Made by a program: the position numbers and the translations under genes. Of a stretch of 53,702 bases of DNA, positions 33,032 through 42,638 are shown in pieces; within the stretch, counting starts at the first letter, position 1; every line of letters begins with the position of its first letter. The stretch spans positions 1 to 53,702 of the forward strand of contig CAZOUV010000005.1 of assembly GCA_964583105.1 (NCBI GenBank), read 5' to 3'. The notes under the pieces are model-generated. The model did not search any database and was not told where the DNA came from. It was given only the letters and a program-made list of their open reading frames with translations. The DNA comes from an uncultured Gammaproteobacteria bacterium (GTDB taxonomy: Bacteria > Patescibacteriota > Microgenomatia > UBA8517).

Positions 33032-35578
33032 ATGGAATCTGTAAAAGCCTACAAGGAAAATCTTAAACCCACCGTTTTTATTATTTCAAATTATAGTCCG
33101 TTTTCTTTATATCTTTTGGAAAATCTTTTATCTAGTCAATGTAATGTTGTTGTGTTTTGTGAAGATGTCAGCACTTGGAAAAATAACCTTAGTCACATTT
33201 CAAAAACACAAAACATAATAATCGAGATTGAAAAAAATATTAATAAATTTCCGAAACCAAACTATTTTATTTTATTAGATTTTGATAATACTTCTAATAA
33301 TTTACTATTTAAAAAACTTGGATTGATTTCTAATGCCTTACGTGTAAAGGGTTTTTTGGTTGTTTCAGAAGACGTCAAAATTGATAACAATATTATGCTT
33401 TCTGATAACACAGGGATTATTGTAGTCAATAATTTATTTGGACCTCGAATGAACCTTGAATCGAAAAATAGAATCTCAGACGTAATTTATTCTATATTGG
33501 AAGGTTCTAATTTAAAAATATTTATAAACGAAAAAATTACTCCAATGTTTATGGGAACAGCGGCGAAGATGATTGTGAAATGGCTTTTTTCATTCGGGCC
33601 TTATGGTAAAGCAATTACATTTACTTCAACCAGTTTGGACCTTTTGGATATGTGTCAGAAGCTTCAATCATCATCTCCCAATTTCCAGTATCAATTAATG
33701 GCTTCAAACAAACCTGACCAGATAGATGTGGAAAAGGAAACATATTTAATTAAAGATGATCAAATTAAATTTCTCGAAGATACAATTAGATGGTTTAAAG
33801 ATAATCATGTAACCAAAATTGTTCCTAAAAAAGCTAAGAAAGTTAAGCCTTGGCTAATTCCTGTGATATTAGGTGTTTTATTCCTTTTTATTTCCCCTTA
33901 TATTTTTTTGTCTTTATCAGCAGCCTCTTTCTACCTGTCTGTAAAACTTATATTGTCTAACCGAATTGATCCGGCGAGATATCTTAATAAAACATCTTCG
34001 ATTTTGTCTAAACTATCCTTAGTATCCTCGAAATCTTTAGTTGGGGTGCCTTTATTTAGCAATTTTTATAAACCAGCTGCAAGTTATTCGTATATATTAA
34101 ACAATTCCAACAGTATTACTGAAAGGGGATATGGATTGATTTCACAAGGTCACATACTTGTAAACAATATTTTTTCCGATAAAGGATATGATTTACTGGC
34201 ACTACAAAAGGAGATCGTGACAAACTTGGATTATATTGAAACAAAATTAGCCTTTACTCAAGGAGAACTTAAAAATTATTCTAATCTTTATAACAAGGTA
34301 GACATTACAGAATATAGAAAACTTGTCACAAACATAAATAAACTTTTCTATGAAATACCTGATTTATTGGGAATAAATAAAAACAAAAAATACCTTATTC
34401 TTTTACAAAATAATATGGAATTAAGACCGACAGGGGGATTTATCGGGTCTTTTGCCTTAATCTCATTTAACTCTGGAAATATTGGCGAAATAAGTGTTCA
34501 GGATGTCTATTCAGCCGATGGACAATTAAAAGGACACATCGAACCACCCGAACCAATTAAAAAATACTTAAAGGAAGCCAATTGGTTTTTGAGAGATTCA
34601 AATTGGAATCCGGATTTTACAATTTCAGCCAAACAGGCTAAGTGGTTTTTAGAAAAGGAGATAGATATTTCAGTTGATGGAGTTATCGCCATAGATATGA
34701 ATGTAATTAAAGATTATCTTGAGATCTCGGGTCCAATATTTTTAGACGATTATCAAACGGAAATCACATCCGATAATTTTTACGAAAAAACTCAGGCGGA
34801 AGTGGAGAAAAACTTTTTTCCAGGTTCTACAAAAAAAGCAAGTTTTATAACGGCTTTAACAAAAGAAATTACCAGCACTCTTTTTGAAGGTGCTCAGGAT
34901 AATATAACTGAAATAGCCAAGCTACTGTATACAAATCTTCAAGAAAAGCACATCCAGATATATTTAAACAATGAAAAGACAAAAGAACCTCTAGCCAACC
35001 TTAATTGGGACGGGGGTTTTAATTATGTTCAGTGTAGCAATAATTGCATATCTGACCACTTGGCAATAGTTGAAGCAAACTTGGGGGTTAATAAAGCAAA
35101 TTATTATATTCAAAGAAATTACGAATTAACAGTAAACATAAATGAAAAAAGACTAATTAGGAATTTAAAAGTAATTTTCAAAAATAGTGCAGGTTTGGCT
35201 ATGGGGGAGACGGGTGTATACAAAAACTACGCAAGAATATATATTCCATTAAATTCCGAATTAAATTTTGTCAGAATTAATCAAAACTTGTTGGCGACCG
35301 ACACAAAAATCGTATCTGGGCAAAAAGAAGTTGGATTATATTTTGAGCTTCCACCGGAACAGATAAAAACACTTGATTTGTCATGGAGTGAGTCTCACGG
35401 CATTGATCTACAAAAGGCGGGGGAATACATATTAAATTTAAGAAAACAAGCCGGAATCCCTTCCGAAAATATTACAATTAAGATAAACTCCATAGACAGC
35501 GTTGATTTAAACCCGAACGCAAGCTATAATACTTTATTCGCTAAAGATATTTATACAAAAACAACATGGATAAAATAA
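33032..35578 (+). CDS. DUF4012-domain envelope protein with N-terminal cytoplasmic Rossmann-like region and one TM helix
   Basis: 848 aa. TM helix WLIPVILGVLFLFISPYIFLSL. NMELRPTGGFIGSFALISF is the DUF4012 signature. Confidence 0.8.
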   Translation: MESVKAYKENLKPTVFIISNYSPFSLYLLENLLSSQCNVVVFCEDVSTWKNNLSHISKTQNIIIEIEKNINKFPKPNYFILLDFDNTSNNLLFKKLGLISNALRVKGFLVVSEDVKIDNNIMLSDNTGIIVVNNLFGPRMNLESKNRISDVIYSILEGSNLKIFINEKITPMFMGTAAKMIVKWLFSFGPYGKAITFTSTSLDLLDMCQKLQSSSPNFQYQLMASNKPDQIDVEKETYLIKDDQIKFLEDTIRWFKDNHVTKIVPKKAKKVKPWLIPVILGVLFLFISPYIFLSLSAASFYLSVKLILSNRIDPARYLNKTSSILSKLSLVSSKSLVGVPLFSNFYKPAASYSYILNNSNSITERGYGLISQGHILVNNIFSDKGYDLLALQKEIVTNLDYIETKLAFTQGELKNYSNLYNKVDITEYRKLVTNINKLFYEIPDLLGINKNKKYLILLQNNMELRPTGGFIGSFALISFNSGNIGEISVQDVYSADGQLKGHIEPPEPIKKYLKEANWFLRDSNWNPDFTISAKQAKWFLEKEIDISVDGVIAIDMNVIKDYLEISGPIFLDDYQTEITSDNFYEKTQAEVEKNFFPGSTKKASFITALTKEITSTLFEGAQDNITEIAKLLYTNLQEKHIQIYLNNEKTKEPLANLNWDGGFNYVQCSNNCISDHLAIVEANLGVNKANYYIQRNYELTVNINEKRLIRNLKVIFKNSAGLAMGETGVYKNYARIYIPLNSELNFVRINQNLLATDTKIVSGQKEVGLYFELPPEQIKTLDLSWSESHGIDLQKAGEYILNLRKQAGIPSENITIKINSIDSVDLNPNASYNTLFAKDIYTKTTWIK

Positions 35579-36261
35579 TACTTAAGGCTGGTTTAAGAAA
35601 AGCTATTGGAAGGAAGGTTAAGCTATTAAGAAAAGAAGGGGTTTTACCTGCAAATATTTATGGAAAGAATATCAAATCCGAGTCTATTCAAATTTCATTA
35701 TCCGATTTTAACGATGTTTACAAAAAGGCGGGGGAGACGGGATTAATATACTTACAAATCGAAGAAGGCAAAAAAAAGGAAGAGAAGCCGGCGCTTGTTG
35801 CCAATATCCAAAAAGACCCCGTCTCAGACCTTCTTTTGCATATAGATTTTCATCAAGTTTCACTTAAAGAAAAAGTTGAGGCTAAGGTTCCAGTTGAACT
35901 TATTGGAGAATCTCCTGCAGAAAAACAGTCAATCGGTACGGTTGTTCAATATCTAAATGAAATTGAAGTAGAAGCTCTTCCTACTGATCTTCCCGAAAAG
36001 TTTGAGGTTGATATATCAACTCTTTCCGAAGTTGATCAGATGGTAAGTGTTAAACAATTGACGTACGATAAGTCAAAGATTGAGGTTAAGACGGAACCCG
36101 AGGAAATTATTGTAAAAGTAGAACCTCCCCAGAAAGAAGAGGTTGTAGCTCCTCCCGCAGAAGAAGTGCCATTAGAGGGTGAATCAGTTGTTGCCGAAGG
36201 TGGAGCTGTTCCAGCAGAAGAAGCTACCACACCCCAAGAAGAGTCCAAACCCAAAGAATAA
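35566..36261 (+). CDS. rplY: 50S ribosomal protein L25/Ctc with acidic C-terminal tail
   Basis: 231 aa. LKAGLRKAIGRKVKLLRKEGVLPANIYGK...LLHIDFHQV. Confidence 0.88.
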   Translation: MDKIILKAGLRKAIGRKVKLLRKEGVLPANIYGKNIKSESIQISLSDFNDVYKKAGETGLIYLQIEEGKKKEEKPALVANIQKDPVSDLLLHIDFHQVSLKEKVEAKVPVELIGESPAEKQSIGTVVQYLNEIEVEALPTDLPEKFEVDISTLSEVDQMVSVKQLTYDKSKIEVKTEPEEIIVKVEPPQKEEVVAPPAEEVPLEGESVVAEGGAVPAEEATTPQEESKPKE

Positions 36262-36570
36262 TTATTTATTTGGATCTATTTTAAAAGCTTTATTTAGATA
36301 TTCCTTTTCTCCGGTCAGATTATATAACTCAATCCAACCTTGATAGTATTGAGGATTTTCTTGCGTAAACATATTCCAAAACATAAATTCTCTTGATGTG
36401 TTTGATTTAATACCTAATACCTTGGGTTTACTCAAATGAATGTTTAAATAAAAAGTGGTTAAAAATAGTCCAGATATTAAAAAAAGGGTAATGTAAAAAA
36501 AACTTAAATTTTTTCCAATCTCACTTTTTTTGTCTACATTTTTTATTTTTTCTGGCAGAAAATACATCAA
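36262..36570 (-). CDS. small membrane-anchored protein with TPR-like C-terminus
   Basis: 102 aa. One TM helix (LSFFYITLFLISGLFLTTFYL), then YYQGWIELYNLTGEKEYLNKAFKIDPN. Its start abuts the valS stop. Confidence 0.6.
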   Translation of the reverse strand: MMYFLPEKIKNVDKKSEIGKNLSFFYITLFLISGLFLTTFYLNIHLSKPKVLGIKSNTSREFMFWNMFTQENPQYYQGWIELYNLTGEKEYLNKAFKIDPNK

Positions 36571-38694
36571 CTAAATTTTAGGCCAGGAAGAAAGAATTAG
36601 CAATTGGTCAGGATATTTTCTCAAATCTTTGATTTCTTTCCAAATTGCCTCAGTCACAAACGGAGCAAAGGGGTGGAGTAGTTTTAACAGTGTTATATAG
36701 GTATGTTTTAAAGTATAAAGCGTAGAGCTGTCTTTGTTTTTTGCACTTTCCTTGGTTTTTTCAATATAGTTGTCTGCAAAATTATGCCAAGTAAACTCAT
36801 ATAAACTCTCAATTGCTTGATTAAGTTTGAAACAATCTAAATAGGTATTTACATTTTTAATTAAACTGTTTAACTCGGATAATAATTTTTTATCCTCGGA
36901 ATTTAGTTTAGTGGGTTTATCTACCGTCTTCTCGGTGTTTTCAGAAACCATTTGTATATATCTTGCAATATTCCAAAGTTTATTTGAAAAATTTCTTTGA
37001 CCCCTAACCCTGTCTTCCGAAAGAGAAATATCATTTTCAATTAAAGCTCCCCATATAAGAGAAATTCTTAGGGCGTCAGACCCGTATTTGTTTGTCATGC
37101 TTATCGGATCAATAACATTTCCTTTTGATTTAGATATTTTATTTCCATCCTTGTCCCTTACCAGGCCGTGAATAACAACATTCTTAAAAGGAACTTTTCC
37201 TGTAACATATAGCCCCATCATAATCATTCTTATTACCCAAAAGGGGAGTATGTCATATGCTGTTTCCATAACAGAAGTGGGATAAAATTTCTCAAAATCT
37301 TTAGGTTTATTAGTTTTTAATGTGGCAAACGGCCACTGTGAAGAGGAAAACCATGTGTCAAAAGTATCCAGATCCCGTGTTAAGTTTTCACTACCACAAA
37401 CGGAACATATATTTGGAATAACCCCTTCGGTTATTTCCCAATTATTACATTTAACGCATTTCCACGCGGGTATTTGTATTCCCCAAACTATTTGTCTCGA
37501 TATATTCCAGTCTTTAAGGTTTTTCAGCCAATGCATGGCTATTTTTTGATACTTGGGAGAGTTAAATTTAATTTGCTTTCTACTAATTGCATCAATTGAA
37601 AGACTGGTTAGGGGTTTTACTTTTAAAAACCACTGTTCTATAAGCATTGGTTCTATGGTGTTTTTGCATTTATAACAAACTCCTACACTATGAGTATATG
37701 TATCATCTGTTTTTATCAGCAGGCCTTGTTTTTTAAGATCCTCAACAACCTGTTTTCTTGCTTGATTTACATAAAGTCCCTGATACTTTCCAGTTAAATC
37801 GTTTAACTTTCCGTCTATGCCAATAACTTGCTTAATTTCAAGATCGTGTCTTTGTCCCATCTCGTAATCATTAAAATCATGTGCGGGGGTAATTTTAACT
37901 ACTCCTGTTCCAAATTTCGGATCTACCGCACTATCTGCAATCACCTTTATCTTAAAATCACCAATAAGACCATTTACAAGAATTTCTTGTCCAATATATT
38001 TCTGATATCTTTTATCATCCGGGTGTACCGCAACCGCAGTGTCTCCGAATTTGGTTTCAGGTCTAACTGTAGCTAAAGTAAAAGGCCCATACTTCATGTA
38101 ATAAAGTGGATCCTTTCTTTCTATGTGATCTACTTCAAGGTTTGAAAAAGCGGTTCCACAGTGTGTACAGTAGTTTACAAGGCTTTTTGCTCTATATACA
38201 AGACCATCATCATAAAGTTTTTTAAATGTTTTATATACGATTTTTATAATATCGGGATCTAAAGCAAATTTACTTCTGGTCCAGTCACAAGAAGCTCCAA
38301 GAACCTTAAGCTGATTTTCCATTCCCATTCGATTTCCTTGGACGTAATCCCAAATCATTTTGTACAAGGTATCCCGGTCGAAGTCAAAACGGCTTTTACC
38401 TTCTTCTTTTAGCTTTTTTTCAAATACGAACTGTGTTTCTATTCCAGCATGATCGGATCCCGGAAGCCAAAGCGTTTGAAACCCTTTCATTCTATGATAT
38501 CTGGTCAAAACATCTTCAATGGCAATAAATCTTGCATGCCCAATATGTAAAGGATTATTGGCATTTGGGGGGGGCATGATAATCGTAAATACTTTTTTTT
38601 CATTCGTATCTTGCGGTGTAAATGCTCCGGATTTTTCCCAAAGATCGTAAATTTTAGGTTCTTTTGTGTGATCATAATTTGAGTCCATGTTCAT
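36571..38694 (-). CDS. valS: valine--tRNA ligase (short form, no long C-terminal coiled coil)
   Basis: 707 aa. HIGH-type motif PPPNANNPLHIGHA; KMSKS-type motif KISKSKGN; class Ia editing and anticodon-binding layout. Confidence 0.88.
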   Translation of the reverse strand: MNMDSNYDHTKEPKIYDLWEKSGAFTPQDTNEKKVFTIIMPPPNANNPLHIGHARFIAIEDVLTRYHRMKGFQTLWLPGSDHAGIETQFVFEKKLKEEGKSRFDFDRDTLYKMIWDYVQGNRMGMENQLKVLGASCDWTRSKFALDPDIIKIVYKTFKKLYDDGLVYRAKSLVNYCTHCGTAFSNLEVDHIERKDPLYYMKYGPFTLATVRPETKFGDTAVAVHPDDKRYQKYIGQEILVNGLIGDFKIKVIADSAVDPKFGTGVVKITPAHDFNDYEMGQRHDLEIKQVIGIDGKLNDLTGKYQGLYVNQARKQVVEDLKKQGLLIKTDDTYTHSVGVCYKCKNTIEPMLIEQWFLKVKPLTSLSIDAISRKQIKFNSPKYQKIAMHWLKNLKDWNISRQIVWGIQIPAWKCVKCNNWEITEGVIPNICSVCGSENLTRDLDTFDTWFSSSQWPFATLKTNKPKDFEKFYPTSVMETAYDILPFWVIRMIMMGLYVTGKVPFKNVVIHGLVRDKDGNKISKSKGNVIDPISMTNKYGSDALRISLIWGALIENDISLSEDRVRGQRNFSNKLWNIARYIQMVSENTEKTVDKPTKLNSEDKKLLSELNSLIKNVNTYLDCFKLNQAIESLYEFTWHNFADNYIEKTKESAKNKDSSTLYTLKHTYITLLKLLHPFAPFVTEAIWKEIKDLRKYPDQLLILSSWPKI

Positions 38695-38754
38695 ATTTTA
38701 CACTTTAAACTTTTCTTTTGCAGAAGTAAGGAAAATGTAACAATAAGTTCAATA

Positions 38755-39798
38755 TTATATTTTTATTGAAGGTTTACGATCCAAAAAAGAGTGTTTATTT
38801 ACAAACGTCTTTTTTCCGTTTAAATATGCGCAAACTCCTACCATTGCCGCATTGTCTCCGCAAAGTTTTTTAGTATAAGGAGTGATTACATTTATATTGT
38901 AGGGTTTTAAAAACTTTCTTAATTTACTTCTAAAGTAAATATTATTAACAACACCCCCCCCTAAAAGCAAATGTTTGGGTGGGGGACTAGTAAATTTTTT
39001 TCCCAAATGATATTTTAAAACGCTCGATATGTGTTCAAAAGCTGTGTTTTGATATGAAGCTGCTAAATTATAAATCTTATTTTTTGTCAAGGGTTTTTCT
39101 TTTTCTACAAGTCTAAACATCGCCGTTTTTAAACCTGAATAACTAAACCTGTTTTTAATTTTATCTTCCTTAAGAGGATGGGGTAAATTATAAGAATAGA
39201 TGTTTCCGTATTTAGCAAATTTTTCTAAAACTGCTCCGCCGGGGTAGCCTAATCCAAGCATCCTTGCTCCCTTATCTAAAGCTTCTCCTAATGCATCATC
39301 TACGGTTTCGGCCAGAATTTTATACTTTCCTATTTTTTCAATATATATAAACTGTGTATTTCCACCTGAAACAACCAAACCTAAAGCGGGAAATAATATT
39401 TTATTGTTTATTTCTTTAGTCTTAACGCTAAAAGGTTTTGCAAACGCACTAAGAAGATGTGCTTCTATGTGATTAATGGGAATAATTGGTTTACCATGTT
39501 TAATTGCTAATTCTTTGGCTTTTGCAATTCCTACCTCAAGCGCAATTGCTAGTCCCGGTCCTTGGGTAACTGCGATAGCATCAATATCTTTAAGGTTTTT
39601 GTGTTTTATTCCTAGGGCCCTATTTATTACCCAGTTAATTCTTTCCTTATGAAGTCTTTGTGCCAAGGAAGGCATAACTCCTCCAAACGATGTATGTTGT
39701 ATGGCCTGAGACCAAATAATATTTGAAAACACCCTTAAGCCACGTGTTACGGACGCGGAAGTTTCGTCGCAGCTTGTATCTATTGCAAGAATATTCAT
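38755..39798 (-). CDS. tsaD: tRNA N6-adenosine threonylcarbamoyltransferase TsaD
   Basis: 347 aa. ILAIDTSCDETSASV, HIEAHLL, LLGGGVVNN. Confidence 0.92.
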   Translation of the reverse strand: MNILAIDTSCDETSASVTRGLRVFSNIIWSQAIQHTSFGGVMPSLAQRLHKERINWVINRALGIKHKNLKDIDAIAVTQGPGLAIALEVGIAKAKELAIKHGKPIIPINHIEAHLLSAFAKPFSVKTKEINNKILFPALGLVVSGGNTQFIYIEKIGKYKILAETVDDALGEALDKGARMLGLGYPGGAVLEKFAKYGNIYSYNLPHPLKEDKIKNRFSYSGLKTAMFRLVEKEKPLTKNKIYNLAASYQNTAFEHISSVLKYHLGKKFTSPPPKHLLLGGGVVNNIYFRSKLRKFLKPYNINVITPYTKKLCGDNAAMVGVCAYLNGKKTFVNKHSFLDRKPSIKI

Positions 39799-39799
39799 T

Positions 39800-40846
39800 T
39801 TAGATTATTTTCCAGCTTATATATCTTTCATTTTCTTTTGCCCCATATTCAATGTTTACTTTTATAATAAGTGCGTGTTCTCTTTGTTTTTTAATTTCGT
39901 CTAGAATTTTATCGGCCCATTCTATTGCAATAACCATGTTTTTGTTTTCAATAATTTTTAAAAAATTAATACTCTTAAGTTCCTCAGGCCCTGTCAGCCT
40001 CCAAGCGTCTAAATGAATAAGTTTTCCGTAATCCAAGATTAAATTAAATGTAGGTGAAACAATATTTTCCCTAATTCCCAATGCTTTACCCAAACCTTTT
40101 GTAAATTGCGTCTTACCCGAACCCATTTCTCCTGAGAGAGCAAAAATGATGGGCTTAATACCCAAATATTTTTCATATTTTTGAAAAATTTCTTTTGCTG
40201 TATTTTGAGTGTTAGCCTCAGATTTTGAAAGTACTTTGTTTGTGTTTTTGTATTTTATTTCACCCTGTCTGATAATTTCAGGATTCTCGTAAGTTGTATC
40301 AATGACGGTTGATGGCTCATTATGAGGGAGTTCTCCTGCGTCAATTACCAGATCGATTAAAGATTTCTGTTTATTAGAAATGTTATTTAAGATATCCTCT
40401 ATTTTATACGGCCTTTTTTTGTATGAAGCGTTTGCAGAAGTTGCTGTTATCGGAACTTTCATTTTTTTAACTATTTTATTTACCAAAGGATAACTGGAAA
40501 TTCTTATACCTAATGTTCCTTCTGGCGATTCGACACCCTTTGCTAACTTATGTTTTCCGAGAGAAATTACCGTTACCGGGCCGGGTAAAAATACTTTATA
40601 AAGATTCTTTGCGGTTTTATTTAATAGAACATAGTTTTGAGCCATAGCAATACCATTTACAGCAACAGAGTAGGGTTTTCCTAAAGCCCTTTTTTTATAC
40701 TTGTTTAATTTTTCTATCGCCACAGAGTTGGTGGCGTCAGCAGCAATGCCGTAAGTTGTCTCACAAGGAAATACCACAAGCCCTCCTTGTTTGAGAACCT
40801 CAACTGCTTGATTAACGGCTTTCGTATTTTCTTTGTATAGTAACAT
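39800..40846 (-). CDS. fusion protein: TsaC/Sua5 (YrdC domain) + TsaE (P-loop ATPase)
   Basis: 348 aa. The N-terminal half has GGLVVFPCETTYGIAADATN (YrdC). The C-terminal half has ALSGEMGSGKTQFTKGLGKALGI...VSPTFNLILDY...HLDAWRL (TsaE). Confidence 0.8.
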   Translation of the reverse strand: MLLYKENTKAVNQAVEVLKQGGLVVFPCETTYGIAADATNSVAIEKLNKYKKRALGKPYSVAVNGIAMAQNYVLLNKTAKNLYKVFLPGPVTVISLGKHKLAKGVESPEGTLGIRISSYPLVNKIVKKMKVPITATSANASYKKRPYKIEDILNNISNKQKSLIDLVIDAGELPHNEPSTVIDTTYENPEIIRQGEIKYKNTNKVLSKSEANTQNTAKEIFQKYEKYLGIKPIIFALSGEMGSGKTQFTKGLGKALGIRENIVSPTFNLILDYGKLIHLDAWRLTGPEELKSINFLKIIENKNMVIAIEWADKILDEIKKQREHALIIKVNIEYGAKENERYISWKII

Positions 40847-40855
40847 ACCTATAGT

Positions 40856-42616
40856 TTACTGCAGAGGAGCCGTTCCCCGCAAGTAAACAGCGGCCCAAGG
40901 TTGATATTTTGAGCTAAAGTTTCTTTTATATATAGTTTTTCCGTCTTTTTCAACTGAATAGGTAAAAGTTACGGTTGCTCCCCAAGCTTTATGTTCTGTC
41001 TGTAAAATTGTTCCCGCAGGTTTTGTCGGATCATCCTGGTATACATCCGGTGGGGGAGCTATTTGGTTAAAAACCTTTGGTTTTGTGACAGTCACCACCC
41101 TTCCATCTTTTGTACCATATATTTCAAAGGTAAGCATTGCCTTTTTATTGTCTATTCGGGTTTGGATTAAGATGTGTTTGGCTGTATCATTTTTAAATTT
41201 AAAATCCACACTTGGACTAAATACTGTAGCATCAAGTCCCGGTGGAGAAGACTGCTCATAATAACCAACTCTATATGCGTGTGCGGTTCTTTCTGTAATA
41301 GGAAGACCAGCATTAAGTACGGCTCTAAAAAGAGTGGTTGAAACCTGACAAACGCCCCCACCATCGCCCAAAATTGTTTTTCCTCCGGATATTATGTAGG
41401 CCTGTTTATATCCGGTTTCCGTAGATATATCGCCAATGGTTTTTATAAAAGAGAAGGTTTCTCCCGGAGCAACCAGTATGCCTGTAAATTTTGAGGATGC
41501 AAGATTGATATTATGTATCCTTCCGGGTATGGATCCAGCAAAATATGAAACACCCTGGCCAATAAGTTCCTGAATCCCCAAATTATTAACATCCGATGTT
41601 TTGACCTTTGGAGGAGTCAGTTCTACAGGAATAATAACCGATGCTGCTTCGGCACTTGTTTCTTCTAAGGTTCTTAAATTGCCGATAATCATTGTATAAA
41701 GAAGGTCTTCTTTTACTCTTACACCATCTTTAGATGGAGTAAATTCTTTTACTCTTCCTTCAGTAAATACAAATATGGAGTTTATGGGTTCATGGTTCAG
41801 TTTTTGAGAAATATCCGCAATGTTTTTGGATATTTGCTGCTTATAATAATCACCGTAAGGATTAATCAAATTAAGAAGATTTTCCTTCTGAAAAGTAAAT
41901 GCCTCTTCAGCATATACAAGATCTAGCTTTTTATTCAAAATATTTTGCCCCCTTTTTAAATAATTACTTTCTTCAAGATCACTAAGTTTTGGGTCAAGCA
42001 TAACAATTGGAATTTCTATGTCGGTGATATCTAAAAAAGAAAAACCATAACCTATTTTTGCTTTTAACAGGTTTTTATCAAGTTTGTATCCGACAGATCC
42101 TCTTTTTACTGAAACATTTCCGCCTTTTATTTCTAGGGAAGGGAAAATTGGTTGAGTTTCGGTTTGATCAGAAATAAGAGAAATTATATCGTCTAATTTC
42201 TCCTCATCTTTACTAAAATGAAGACCTAAGTCATTTCTTTTGTACAAAGAAACAAATCGCTGACAGAAATCGTAAAGAATGTTTCCAGTTCTATGGATAT
42301 TGTAAGCATTTTCCACCGAAGACTTGTGGTTTAGTACAAGATCTATTGATTCAGGTGTGATGTTATAAACCTGATCAGAAAAAGTAAGTTTTAAAGAATC
42401 GGGAACTTTAATGGTATTTATTAAAAGTTGTGTTGCCTGTTCTCTGTTTTTTCCACCAAGATTAACTCCTGCAACATAGGTATTCGGATAGATTCTTCCG
42501 GTAAATGAAAGAATGTATATGGATAGTAAAATTATTAAAAATTCAAAAAAGATATACAAAAGTTCTTTTCTGTTTTTAATATTGGGGTTGTCCCAAAAAT
42601 TCTTTTTTTTCGTCAT
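40856..42616 (-). CDS. VanW/YoaR-like peptidoglycan-associated protein
   Basis: The track ORF extends to 42664, but the ATG at 42616 (MTKKKNFWDN..., then a TM helix) avoids overlap with the divergent gene. VanW core GGGVCQVSTTLFRAVLNAGLPITERTAHAYRVGYYE. Confidence 0.8.
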   Translation of the reverse strand: MTKKKNFWDNPNIKNRKELLYIFFEFLIILLSIYILSFTGRIYPNTYVAGVNLGGKNREQATQLLINTIKVPDSLKLTFSDQVYNITPESIDLVLNHKSSVENAYNIHRTGNILYDFCQRFVSLYKRNDLGLHFSKDEEKLDDIISLISDQTETQPIFPSLEIKGGNVSVKRGSVGYKLDKNLLKAKIGYGFSFLDITDIEIPIVMLDPKLSDLEESNYLKRGQNILNKKLDLVYAEEAFTFQKENLLNLINPYGDYYKQQISKNIADISQKLNHEPINSIFVFTEGRVKEFTPSKDGVRVKEDLLYTMIIGNLRTLEETSAEAASVIIPVELTPPKVKTSDVNNLGIQELIGQGVSYFAGSIPGRIHNINLASSKFTGILVAPGETFSFIKTIGDISTETGYKQAYIISGGKTILGDGGGVCQVSTTLFRAVLNAGLPITERTAHAYRVGYYEQSSPPGLDATVFSPSVDFKFKNDTAKHILIQTRIDNKKAMLTFEIYGTKDGRVVTVTKPKVFNQIAPPPDVYQDDPTKPAGTILQTEHKAWGATVTFTYSVEKDGKTIYKRNFSSKYQPWAAVYLRGTAPLQ

Positions 42617-42638
42617 CACAAATATGATACCATTATAA

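Noticed and set aside
16921-38950. Homopolymer runs (G7 at ~16923, G7 at ~20652, G8 at ~38567-38574, C9 at ~38944-38952) as phase-variation switches
   Set aside because: The longest runs encode conserved PPP or GGG motifs in essential genes (valS PPPNAN, tsaD LLGGGV). The others are in-frame Pro or Gly codons. There is no evidence of frame disruption, and the genes are not contingency-type.
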